Assembly (NCBI GenBank): GCA_964430885.1
Contig: CAYSHM010000001.1
Coordinates: forward strand, 32,001-96,000
Length of the DNA stretch: 64,000 nucleotides
From: an uncultured archaeon
GTDB taxonomy: Archaea > Thermoplasmatota > Penumbrarchaeia > JASLWR01
Direction of reading: 5' to 3'
Under the pieces are notes generated by a model that was given only the letters and a program-made list of their open reading frames with translations, did not search any database and was not told the DNA's origin. This document shows positions 36,967-45,876 of the stretch, piece after piece. The translations under genes were made by a program, and so were the position numbers. Every line of letters starts with the position of its first letter. Position 1 is the first letter of the stretch.

Positions 36967-39900
36967 ATGCCAGATTGTGATTGTGTGGCTTGTCAAATGG
37001 GCATGAAGGCCCTTGAGCAGATAGATAAGGCCGATGTGGCTTCCCAAAAGGCCCTGGTTCAGGTAGAGGAGAAGACCAATGGGATAATAGACCAGGTCCA
37101 GGATGCCCTTTCCCAGTTCAACTCCAAGGCCCTCGATATGAAGAACGCGGTTCTTGATGCGGTGAACACCGCCATTGATACGGTGGAACAGCAGATCGGC
37201 GATATAGGTCCGGAGCTCAAGGAAAAGGGACAAGGGGCTGTGAACGAGGCTTTTGCACAGGTGGAAACCCTTCCTGACGAGTTCAATGCCAAATTGACCG
37301 AGATGAAGGACGAGGTTGTGGCCCAGATAGAGGAGCAGGTTCACAAGATAAGCGAAGCGGCCCAGGAAAAGATTGGCACCATAAGAGGTCAGGTCGAGGG
37401 GAAGAAGGATGAGGTAATGGGCACACTTGATGAGCAGATAGACAATGTCACGGCCAAGATGGGGGAGATCACGGACGGCATCAATTCCAAACTTGATGAG
37501 ATAGTCAATCTTCTGAAGGAGAAGTTCGATTCGGTCTACAAGGGCAAACCGGGGTATGATGAAGCATCGGCAGAGCTGGACCATATACTCGAGGAGTTGA
37601 AGACAACACTCCAGAATACCATAAACCAGCTCTCCGAGGATATCCGAAATACCATTACAGAGATCAAGGATGAGATAATCACTGCAATAAATGATACATT
37701 CGATGATGTTTTCGATCTAATAGAGAGCATCCCAGGGAAGATAGAGACTGCCATATCGGATATAGTCAATCTTGTTGATACTGCCCTGCAGGAAACTCTG
37801 GACCAGGCGACGGAGTTGGTCAATGATATAATTGCCGACGCCAAGCAGAAGCTTAATGATGCCATAGCTCTCATAACCGATACGGTGGACAATCTGATTG
37901 ATGAGGGGATCGCCCTTGTAAAGTCCCTCCGTGATGAGATCAGGGATGCCCTGAACAGCTTGATAGATCAGATCAGGGAGTTCACCCAGGATACTCTGGA
38001 TCAGGTGAGGAACGGGGCTAACGGGATATTCGAAACGGTCAGTACTGAGCTTCATAAAGGCCTTATGATGGCTCGGGAAACAATAAATGAGATAGTCATC
38101 GACATGGGGGATCGGCTTAACCAGAAGATAGAACAGGTCAAGACCGATATGGTGAACGAGGCCAACAAGCAGGTCAGGCAGCTCAGGGTTATGGGCGAGG
38201 AGGCCTATGCTGATGCTGAGGAAGCTTTCATCGATAATGGCTATACTGAGGATACATCAGTTGTAGATAATATTAGGGATGCAGGAGAACAGGCCGTCCA
38301 GGAGATGCAGACCACAATGCAGGCCCAAGCTGAAAAACTGATATCGGATTTCAAGCTCCAGGTCACACTCTACATACCCAAGATAGTACAGCAGGGTGCG
38401 GCCTTGATAAGTTCGGCTTCCAGTGCTACAAGCGGAGTGATACAGCAGTGCATAACCATAGGAACTGATCTGTCGACAAGCATAACTGAAAAAATTGATG
38501 GATTCATATCCACTTTCGAGACCGCCAAGAACAATATTACTGAGATAATAACGGTGAAAGGACCTGAATATATCGAGCTTTGTAAGACCTCGGTAATGGA
38601 GGCAGTGGACACATTGAAGAACATGGGTGAGGAGTTCTATACCAATACTGTGGAGAAAACAAAGAAATTGGTTGAAGATACTAAGAACCGTTTCGTCACA
38701 CTCTACGAAGATATCAAGTCCACAGTTGAGGATCTTATTGACGATCTTGTATCATCAGTAATGGACACCATTGAGACCATAAAGGACAGATTTGTGGAGC
38801 TCTACAACAGCATCAAGGATAATGTAGAGAATTTGGTAAGTGAGATAACCGATACGGTCTCTTCCATGGTGGACGATTTGAAGGCCCTTATAGATGAAGA
38901 GCTTGAAAAACTCAAAGAGGGAGTTGAGAATGCTGTCGATGCAGTTAAGGAATTGAAGGACAAGGTTGTGGGTCAGATTGAGGAGAAGATGAATGATGTC
39001 CTCGGTCAGGTGGACAGTAAATACCTTGAAGCCCTAGGTCTGGATGATGAGGTTGATGCATTGAAGGAAAAGGCAGGGGAATTGATGGATGAGATAAGTT
39101 CAACCATAGATGAGCAGGCCGATAATATCGGAAACAGCATTCAGGATCAGATAAGCGGTGCCCAGGATGCCTTGATGGGGGATGTTGAGTCCGCAGCAGA
39201 TGATTTCCAGAGCAAGGCCGGTGAGACTCTGGACGGGGGCAATTTCGAGGAAGGCTTGAGCGGGGTGAACGAGGAATTCCAGACCACTTTAGAGGAAGTC
39301 AAGGAGAAAACCGGGGAACTGGAGGAAGTGGGTAAAAATGCCAAACAGGGTATGATCGAGGTCAACGATGCTGCCAATGAGGCTGCAGCTTCAGCTTCTG
39401 AAGCGGCCAAGGAGAGCGTGAATGAGGCAATGGCATCAGCCGGTGATGCAGGCGGTGCTATCAAGGAATCTGGAAGCGAGATGAACGAGAAGTTGAACGA
39501 GGCCACCGAGGCGGTCAAAGCTGCTGGAGAGGCGGGTAAGAAGGGAATGGAAGCCGCAAAGGATGCAGGTAAACCCAGTGGTGGCGCCCCGGCAGGCGAG
39601 GGCGGAGCGGAAGCCGCTGGCGGAGAAGGCGGAGGTGCTGAGGAGGGTGCCGGAGGCGAGGAAGCTGCAGGTGGAGAGGAGGCAGGTGAATCAGGCGGGG
39701 CGGAAGAAAGTGGCGGTGCGCCCGGAGAGAAAGGTGCTGGAACTGCTGAACAGACGGAAGGAGCCGGTGAAGATAAAGAAAAGGCTCCAGATGAAGAGAA
39801 GAAGGGACCTGCGAAGAAGGAAGATGAACCTGGGGAAGGTGAAGCTGTGACAGAAGAAAAATCTGATGAGTCGGGGGGGAAGGAAGAAGAGCAAGAGGAG

Positions 39901-40497
39901 GAAAGAGAGGGCGAAGGTGAACCTGCCAAGAAGAAGGATGAAGAAGCAGAGGATACTGGTAAAGAGGGCGAGGAGAAAGAGGATGGCAAGTCTGGGGAAG
40001 GTTTGGGTATGCCTGGTGAAGGTGATGAGGATGGTACCGAGACTGATGAAGGCGGTTTGGGATTGCCAGGTGAAGAGGCCGGAGAGAAAGAGGGTGACGG
40101 AGGCTTGGAAATTCCAGAAGGTGAGGGAAAGGAGGGCGATGGTGAAGGACTTGGTATTCCGGATGATACTGAGACTGGTGAAGAGGGAGGTATGGACCTT
40201 ACCAAAGAGAAACCTGATGGAGGAGAGGAGACCGGCGGTCTCGGAGTTCCAGAAGAAGGGACTGGGACAGGCGAGGAGAAAGAAGGATTGGGATTGTCGG
40301 ATGATAGTTCATCAGAGACCGTTAGCGGCGGAAGTATGACAGGTGAACAGGCAGAAACTGGTGGAGGTAAGACCGTTGCCGGAGGGGCAGTAGTGAAAGA
40401 TGATGGAGGCCCAGGAGATTCAAAACCCACCCCCAAGAAAGGTGGGGGAAAAGGAAAAAAGGGTAAAGGTCTGAAAGGCAAGGTAAATAAAAAATAA
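36967..40497 (+). CDS. 1176-aa amphipathic helical-repeat (apolipoprotein/tape-measure-like) protein with N-terminal CxCxxC and Gly/Glu-rich tail
   Basis: MPDCDCVAC start; about 870 aa of acidic amphipathic helix with roughly 11-residue periodicity; low-complexity G/E tail; basic C-terminus; GGAG RBS. Confidence 0.85.
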   Translation: MPDCDCVACQMGMKALEQIDKADVASQKALVQVEEKTNGIIDQVQDALSQFNSKALDMKNAVLDAVNTAIDTVEQQIGDIGPELKEKGQGAVNEAFAQVETLPDEFNAKLTEMKDEVVAQIEEQVHKISEAAQEKIGTIRGQVEGKKDEVMGTLDEQIDNVTAKMGEITDGINSKLDEIVNLLKEKFDSVYKGKPGYDEASAELDHILEELKTTLQNTINQLSEDIRNTITEIKDEIITAINDTFDDVFDLIESIPGKIETAISDIVNLVDTALQETLDQATELVNDIIADAKQKLNDAIALITDTVDNLIDEGIALVKSLRDEIRDALNSLIDQIREFTQDTLDQVRNGANGIFETVSTELHKGLMMARETINEIVIDMGDRLNQKIEQVKTDMVNEANKQVRQLRVMGEEAYADAEEAFIDNGYTEDTSVVDNIRDAGEQAVQEMQTTMQAQAEKLISDFKLQVTLYIPKIVQQGAALISSASSATSGVIQQCITIGTDLSTSITEKIDGFISTFETAKNNITEIITVKGPEYIELCKTSVMEAVDTLKNMGEEFYTNTVEKTKKLVEDTKNRFVTLYEDIKSTVEDLIDDLVSSVMDTIETIKDRFVELYNSIKDNVENLVSEITDTVSSMVDDLKALIDEELEKLKEGVENAVDAVKELKDKVVGQIEEKMNDVLGQVDSKYLEALGLDDEVDALKEKAGELMDEISSTIDEQADNIGNSIQDQISGAQDALMGDVESAADDFQSKAGETLDGGNFEEGLSGVNEEFQTTLEEVKEKTGELEEVGKNAKQGMIEVNDAANEAAASASEAAKESVNEAMASAGDAGGAIKESGSEMNEKLNEATEAVKAAGEAGKKGMEAAKDAGKPSGGAPAGEGGAEAAGGEGGGAEEGAGGEEAAGGEEAGESGGAEESGGAPGEKGAGTAEQTEGAGEDKEKAPDEEKKGPAKKEDEPGEGEAVTEEKSDESGGKEEEQEEEREGEGEPAKKKDEEAEDTGKEGEEKEDGKSGEGLGMPGEGDEDGTETDEGGLGLPGEEAGEKEGDGGLEIPEGEGKEGDGEGLGIPDDTETGEEGGMDLTKEKPDGGEETGGLGVPEEGTGTGEEKEGLGLSDDSSSETVSGGSMTGEQAETGGGKTVAGGAVVKDDGGPGDSKPTPKKGGGKGKKGKGLKGKVNKK
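40000..40305 (+). repeat. Seven GLG(M/L/I/V)P-type peptide repeats
   Basis: GLGMP, GLGLP, GLEIP, GLGIP, GMDLT, GLGVP, GLGLS spaced 14-18 aa apart in acidic linkers. Confidence 0.8.
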
Positions 40498-40536
40498 TTT
40501 TTACATATATCCCTTCCTTTCAGGAAAAATCCTGAA
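40498..40536 (+). terminator. T-tract plus hairpin after the 1176-aa gene
   Basis: TTTTT immediately after TAA, then TTCAGGA-AAAA-TCCTGAA inverted repeat (40519-40536). Confidence 0.45.
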
Positions 40537-40658
40537 CACCAGAATTAGCCAGTCTGAACTATGAAATTTTTTAAAGGATAAGTATGATAAAAGTAATATA
40601 GGTGTATAACAATGTTGAATTCATCGGTTTTTATTTTATCATCATCATAGTGACTGGC

Positions 40659-42584
40659 ATGTTGGAAAAAGGAAAAAGGGAACTTCTGGATACCAGGGAG
40701 ATAAATATTCTCTTTGACTTTCCGTTCTTGGATGAGTATGACATCGAAGTTAAGGAAATAGAGCCGGAGGATTCTAGGGAATCGAATCTGTCGACCCATG
40801 AAATAGATATCCATAAACTTCTGGGTAAGGTCGTTGAAAGATACAGCGAAAAGGAATCCCACATTCTTCCACAAAGTAAGGGATCTGAAATTGCAAATGA
40901 TTCATATGATGCCTATGCCCATACGGTCGATTCAGGGAATATCAAAGAAGATGCTGATAATGTTCCAGCTACCAAAAAGGCCTCTAAACCGGGAAGAAAA
41001 AGATCAAAGAAAAAAGTAGGTTTCACAATTATAAGTGAAAATGATGATCTAAATACAGGTGAAAAGGAATCAGAAGGGCTGGATGAGTTCAATAATGACA
41101 AGAAATCCGGGGGAAAATCACCGGGAAACATAACAATGCCGCCGGACAGCAGTAAAGATGTGATTGAATTGCCAGTAAAGTCTTCCGGGCCTGATGAATC
41201 GTTGAAAGAGGATAAGGTGATTGAACTGCCACCCACAATTCATACTCCGCAGGATGTAGAAGAACCAGAGTATATAAAAATTGAAGACGGCATGCAATAT
41301 CGGAAGGAAACCAAGGGCCAGATCTCCGAAGATTATTACAGCGATAATACGGAGGCTGATAAAGGTAATGGCGCGGTTTCCCAAAAAGTATATGATAATT
41401 CTCATGAAGTGGCAGAAGAGGGAGATGTATTGGCAGAAGAAGCTGATGAAAATGGAGAAGGCGTAAAGGAACAACAGGTTTTAGACACACAAAAAGATAG
41501 CAATATTGATGATATAGAGGACAATTCCGAAAAGAAGGATGAAGGCGATGAAGATGAATTAAAGGAAGTAATCGAATTGCCTGTTAGAGCGCAGAAAGAT
41601 AGCGGTGAAGTAACATCTAAAGGTGTAATAGAGCTCCCGGTAAAAAGTGCTGGGAGATCAGTAGATGAGCCTCTAAAAAGTGTGATAGAACTGCCAGTGA
41701 AGAGCGCCGGGGAATTAGTAGATAAACCTGCAGAAGGTGTGATTGAACTGCCGGTAAAAGGAATGAAAAAATCAGATATTGAGCAGGATGGAGATGAAGG
41801 TATCATTGAGCTTCCAGTCAAATCAGGTGGAGATATTAGACGCGGTCAGCCTAGTGTTATTGAATTACCTGTGAAATCAAAAGGAGAGGTTGAAACCGGA
41901 ATTAATGAAGTAATAAAATTGCCATCCTGGTCTGAAGTATATCCTAAAATGGACGGCTGCCCTGAAGGAACTGATCTTGAAAAAATACCTATCCATGATG
42001 AAGTGAAGAAACGCCAGGATGCCCTTGAGCAGATGATGGCTAGAAAAGGCCTATTGAGGAAGAAGAAAAAGGAAAAACCAAAACTAACAGATATAGAAAG
42101 GGTAAGATTGAATAGGCTACATGAGAAACAGCATAATGCAATTAAGCAGACATTGAGGCAGAGGAAAAGAAAGAAAAAATACACAACATTGACCTGGGAG
42201 GATCTCAAGGTACTGAGAACAAAGAACTTTGATTCCATCAAAAAGATCACACAAAAACCGGGAATACAGGAAGAACGAAAATCTGATCTGCCCATACTTA
42301 AAAAGATATCCCCAGATACCTCGATTGACGTTGCAGACAAAAAGAAAACCCATGAGGGGCGCCCTAATTCAGATGAAGGCATAACACAATTAAAAAGGAT
42401 CATTGATTCGTCATCTCCAGCAAGATTCAAAGTCGAAAACGCTTCAGCCGCACCACAACCAAATCCCTCAGTTGTTCCAGGCGTCACTTTCAGTAAAATA
42501 TACAGATGTACAAAGTGCAATGCTATTGTTAATCGAAGGGTCACTAACAGATGCTTTTCATGTGGTCAGGTGATATCTGATTGA
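40659..42584 (+). CDS. Largely disordered protein with nine VIELPVK repeats, a basic helical region and a C-terminal Cys4 zinc ribbon
   Basis: Acidic low-complexity N-terminal half, repeats, K/R-rich region, CTKC-x11-CFSC end. Start moved to ATG 40659 (alternative GTG 40602). Confidence 0.8.
   Translation: MLEKGKRELLDTREINILFDFPFLDEYDIEVKEIEPEDSRESNLSTHEIDIHKLLGKVVERYSEKESHILPQSKGSEIANDSYDAYAHTVDSGNIKEDADNVPATKKASKPGRKRSKKKVGFTIISENDDLNTGEKESEGLDEFNNDKKSGGKSPGNITMPPDSSKDVIELPVKSSGPDESLKEDKVIELPPTIHTPQDVEEPEYIKIEDGMQYRKETKGQISEDYYSDNTEADKGNGAVSQKVYDNSHEVAEEGDVLAEEADENGEGVKEQQVLDTQKDSNIDDIEDNSEKKDEGDEDELKEVIELPVRAQKDSGEVTSKGVIELPVKSAGRSVDEPLKSVIELPVKSAGELVDKPAEGVIELPVKGMKKSDIEQDGDEGIIELPVKSGGDIRRGQPSVIELPVKSKGEVETGINEVIKLPSWSEVYPKMDGCPEGTDLEKIPIHDEVKKRQDALEQMMARKGLLRKKKKEKPKLTDIERVRLNRLHEKQHNAIKQTLRQRKRKKKYTTLTWEDLKVLRTKNFDSIKKITQKPGIQEERKSDLPILKKISPDTSIDVADKKKTHEGRPNSDEGITQLKRIIDSSSPARFKVENASAAPQPNPSVVPGVTFSKIYRCTKCNAIVNRRVTNRCFSCGQVISD
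41160..41925 (+). repeat. Nine (V/I)IELPV(K/R) peptide repeats
   Basis: Copies at 41160, 41217, 41568, 41625, 41682, 41739, 41802, 41856 and 41910; 18-21-aa spacing within clusters; synonymous codons differ between copies. Confidence 0.9.
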
Positions 42585-42650
42585 TATGACAAAATATTAT
42601 TAACAAATTTTTCATTTAGGAATGTTTTTTTTTGTATTCAGTAATTTTTA

Positions 42651-43442
42651 TTAATGGAAATTCTCTATCATCGACATGAACTCCTTTATGGCAGTCTTTT
42701 TTTTACCCTGAAGCTGAACAGCATAATTCTTGTTATCCTGAAGTCCCTTTCTCCACCTCTCTTTCACATCATCCTTCGCCTGACCCACCAAAGCCGCAAG
42801 GCCCAATTTATCATCTCTAATCTTTTCAAGAGCTTCAATGTCCCCCCATGAATCTGCCACAAAATGAATTGGATAGTAACCATAGTCCAGAGCCATTTCT
42901 ATACCGTTTGCCTTAGTAAATCCTCGAGGCATGAAATCCACTGCCTCTGATGAGGTTGTAACGGTCAATTTATTGGCCCAATGGGGAAATATAGAAAGAA
43001 AATCCTCTTTAATGCTTTCTATTGTTTCCTTCAACTCGTATCTCGGGACCAGTGTTACCATGATCTCAGAGCCTGGAAAAAGTTCATAATGAAGGCTCAT
43101 CTCTTTCCTCAACTGGTCAAGCATCTCTTTTTCCTCATGTGCTGCTCCGATAAGCTTTTCTCCATTGTTTAGCTGAACCAGCCCCATTTCGCAGTAGAAA
43201 TGCCCCATCTGGATCCATCTTTCAAGCCTTTTATCAGTTTCCCGTAAAGCACCCTTTATCCTGTAGATCTCACATCCGGTAAGAAGGCCGCTTTTATGAT
43301 CTTCAATAAAGGGAGCTAACAGATCAGCCATTCCTTCATACAGGTATCCTACCCCGTTCTCCCGCCAGGAATCGGGCCTAAGGAGCGTCCCATCCATATC
43401 GAATAGTACCAGCGGGCCTTTGTTCCCCTTATGTCTGTACAT
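42651..43442 (-). CDS. HAD-superfamily hydrolase, subfamily IIB-like (possible phosphoglycolate phosphatase)
   Basis: FDMDGTL, LTG, VDFMPRGFTKANG and ADSWGD motifs. Confidence 0.8.
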   Translation of the reverse strand: MYRHKGNKGPLVLFDMDGTLLRPDSWRENGVGYLYEGMADLLAPFIEDHKSGLLTGCEIYRIKGALRETDKRLERWIQMGHFYCEMGLVQLNNGEKLIGAAHEEKEMLDQLRKEMSLHYELFPGSEIMVTLVPRYELKETIESIKEDFLSIFPHWANKLTVTTSSEAVDFMPRGFTKANGIEMALDYGYYPIHFVADSWGDIEALEKIRDDKLGLAALVGQAKDDVKERWRKGLQDNKNYAVQLQGKKKTAIKEFMSMIENFH

Positions 43443-43525
43443 ATGATAACCTGTGTTTTGTTAGTTATTTGTAAATAAAAATGGATATGATCCGAATTTC
43501 ATGTAATATGCATCAATAAAAAGTT

Positions 43526-45841
43526 CTATGTCTCCCATCCGTCATCGTCATCCCAGTCATCGCTGCTTTCATCATCATCTTTCCACCAATCCTTATCTGG
43601 GCGTGATCGATGTATCCTTTCTCTCCCATGATCTCCGGCAACTTTCTGTCGTCCTTTCCGCTGTCTTCTAACCGCTGCTCCTCTCGTCATGCTTGGATGC
43701 CGGCCATCTATTCTTTTTCTCCTTCCGGCAATTGGGGAAACATCCTCCTTATCATCGTACCAATCATCATCGTCCGGCTCTGCCATCTTAGGTCCATCAT
43801 CCCATCCGTCATCGTCATCCCAGAATTTTTTACTCCTCCTCTCATATCCGAATCTTTCGCTACTGTCCTCCTCTCTTCTGTATTTTGCCCTTCCTGATGA
43901 TCCCTTAATTCTCACCCCTCTTCTCTTTCCCCTTGGGGGTACATCCTCTCTCCTTTGTTCATGCCATCTTTCCTTCTTCTTATCCTTTGGGGCCCTAGTA
44001 GTGCTTTCCTTTTCTGGCGGAGATTCACCGGCAGGAGTATCATCAGAGGTCTTATCCCCCTTCTTTTTTGTTTTTCCAAACTCATCCAGATCCCATTTAC
44101 TCCGAAGAAATTGGATTATTATTATACAGACAATTATTAGAATGAATGCACCGATACCCAAAATAGCAATGGTTCCCCACAGTGAAATATTCGAACCCTT
44201 CTTTTGCCCCTTCTCATTAACCTGTAATGAAGGGTCAAGAGGAAATACATCCAATTGCAGTCCAGTGGTAGAATCAGCATCGGTCTTACCAGGGTTCCAA
44301 TTATCTGGCCAATTATCGCCGTCGGAATCCAGACTTGCAGCGGGATCCTTCGGAAAAGAATCGATATGGGTTACATTGGAATCAGGATGCTCTTCTTCAT
44401 ATCCTGGGTTCCACTGGTCAGGATATCCATCGTCGTCCGCATCCAAACTTACAGCAGGGTCCAGGGGGAAACAGTCAGTATAATTGATTCCTCCTATTGA
44501 GTCCTCTTTTCCTTTTCCCAGATTCCATTCATCCGGGAATCCGTCCCCATCGGAATCCCTACTCACCGCAGGATCATCAGGATAATCATCCAGATATGGG
44601 ATGCTGGTTGTAGAATCAGTTTGATCATATCCCTGGTTCCACTTATTGGGATATCCATCCCCATCGGAATCCATACTGGCCGAAGGGTCAGTCGGAAAAT
44701 CATCGATGTAATCAATATCTGACATGTTATGGTCTTCCTCATAACCGGGATTCCATTCATTGGGAAACCCGTCCCCATCACTGTCCTTGCTGACGGCGGG
44801 ATCGTTTGGATATTCATCTTGAATTTTCCCATCATTATCTGGATCAGCATTGTATATATCTATGATCTCATTTGCAGTCCCCATAGCCAACAGATTATCC
44901 CCTGGATGAAAAGAAATATCCCGAACAGTCAAGGAGTTATCACCTATCGATAAAATTGCCTCCCCTTCATGAAGGGACCAAAGGTAAACAGGCCCCCCTA
45001 TACCGGCTGAAATTATAGTTTCCTCTTTTTTCACAAACTCTACATCATAAACCTTATCCAGATTTCCGCTGAAGACCTTATAGATTATTTCCATATTAAG
45101 GTCCCAGACTATTGTTTTTCCATCGTTCCCTCCAGATATGAGCCAGCGCCCTTCATCCGGCTGAGAGGGCCACAGAAGGCACTGTATGGTATCGGTATGC
45201 CCGTGATATGTGTTGAATATGTTTCCGGTTTCCACATCCCATATCAATATTGTGTTGAAAGCCGAAGAGGCGATGGTTTTACCATTTGAAGACCAATCCA
45301 GATCAGTGACAGCATCGTCATGTGAGGTGAAATTCATGATGGAACGCTCCATGGAGCTGGTATAGATGTAGATTGACCCATTGCTGGTCCCCATCCCTAT
45401 CCTGCTCCCGTCCGGAGACCATTCCACGCATGTCGGATATTCGTTAACAAGGGATATGTTCTTCAGGATATCTCCGGTCCTTTCCTGCCATAATATTACC
45501 GAGTTGTCCATGCTCCCGGAGACTATCATTTTCCCGTCTGGAGACCAATCCAGATCTGTAATTCCCGATGAATGTTCAGTGAATTTGAGTGTATAATTAC
45601 CGTTTTCGGTATTCCAAATTCTGATTATACCATCCAAGGAACCTGAGGCCATTTTATCCTCACTATCATACCAGTCCAGTGCGAAAACAGGGGCATTATG
45701 ACCTATCAATGCTGTATCTGCCAGGGTTATGTTTAGTATATCTCCCTTTGTCGTCGATAAACATAGGGTGGAGGTGAACATTATCATCAATAGGGAGACC
45801 GCACAACTCCACGGAATATATTTTTTTTTAAGTTTATACAT
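43526..45841 (-). CDS. Secreted WD40 beta-propeller + thrombospondin type-3-like repeat protein with TM anchor and charged tail
   Basis: Signal peptide; GH...WD/WN repeats (WSPDGK, SGSLDG); DxDGDG repeats; TM; R/D/W-rich cytoplasmic tail. Confidence 0.9.
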   Translation of the reverse strand: MYKLKKKYIPWSCAVSLLMIMFTSTLCLSTTKGDILNITLADTALIGHNAPVFALDWYDSEDKMASGSLDGIIRIWNTENGNYTLKFTEHSSGITDLDWSPDGKMIVSGSMDNSVILWQERTGDILKNISLVNEYPTCVEWSPDGSRIGMGTSNGSIYIYTSSMERSIMNFTSHDDAVTDLDWSSNGKTIASSAFNTILIWDVETGNIFNTYHGHTDTIQCLLWPSQPDEGRWLISGGNDGKTIVWDLNMEIIYKVFSGNLDKVYDVEFVKKEETIISAGIGGPVYLWSLHEGEAILSIGDNSLTVRDISFHPGDNLLAMGTANEIIDIYNADPDNDGKIQDEYPNDPAVSKDSDGDGFPNEWNPGYEEDHNMSDIDYIDDFPTDPSASMDSDGDGYPNKWNQGYDQTDSTTSIPYLDDYPDDPAVSRDSDGDGFPDEWNLGKGKEDSIGGINYTDCFPLDPAVSLDADDDGYPDQWNPGYEEEHPDSNVTHIDSFPKDPAASLDSDGDNWPDNWNPGKTDADSTTGLQLDVFPLDPSLQVNEKGQKKGSNISLWGTIAILGIGAFILIIVCIIIIQFLRSKWDLDEFGKTKKKGDKTSDDTPAGESPPEKESTTRAPKDKKKERWHEQRREDVPPRGKRRGVRIKGSSGRAKYRREEDSSERFGYERRSKKFWDDDDGWDDGPKMAEPDDDDWYDDKEDVSPIAGRRKRIDGRHPSMTRGAAVRRQRKGRQKVAGDHGRERIHRSRPDKDWWKDDDESSDDWDDDDGWET
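44231..44818 (-). repeat. Five 37-38-aa Ca-binding TSP3-like repeats (DxFPxDPAxSxDSDGDGxPxxWNPG)
   Basis: Visible in translation with a 114-bp period. Confidence 0.9.
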
Positions 45842-45876
45842 TTTATTCCCCGGTTAAACCGATTATCCCGATCAGT

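Noticed and set aside
39147-40481. 444-aa Ser/Pro-rich minus-strand ORF and similar shadow ORFs (e.g. 36772-37584, 41846-42544, 43689-44483, 61134-61733)
   Set aside because: Antisense shadows of G/E/D-rich coding sequence; they largely overlap better-supported genes and have no motifs.
35206-42584. Prophage or provirus interpretation
   Set aside because: No capsid, terminase, portal, integrase or att repeats recognised; flanks are ordinary cellular genes.
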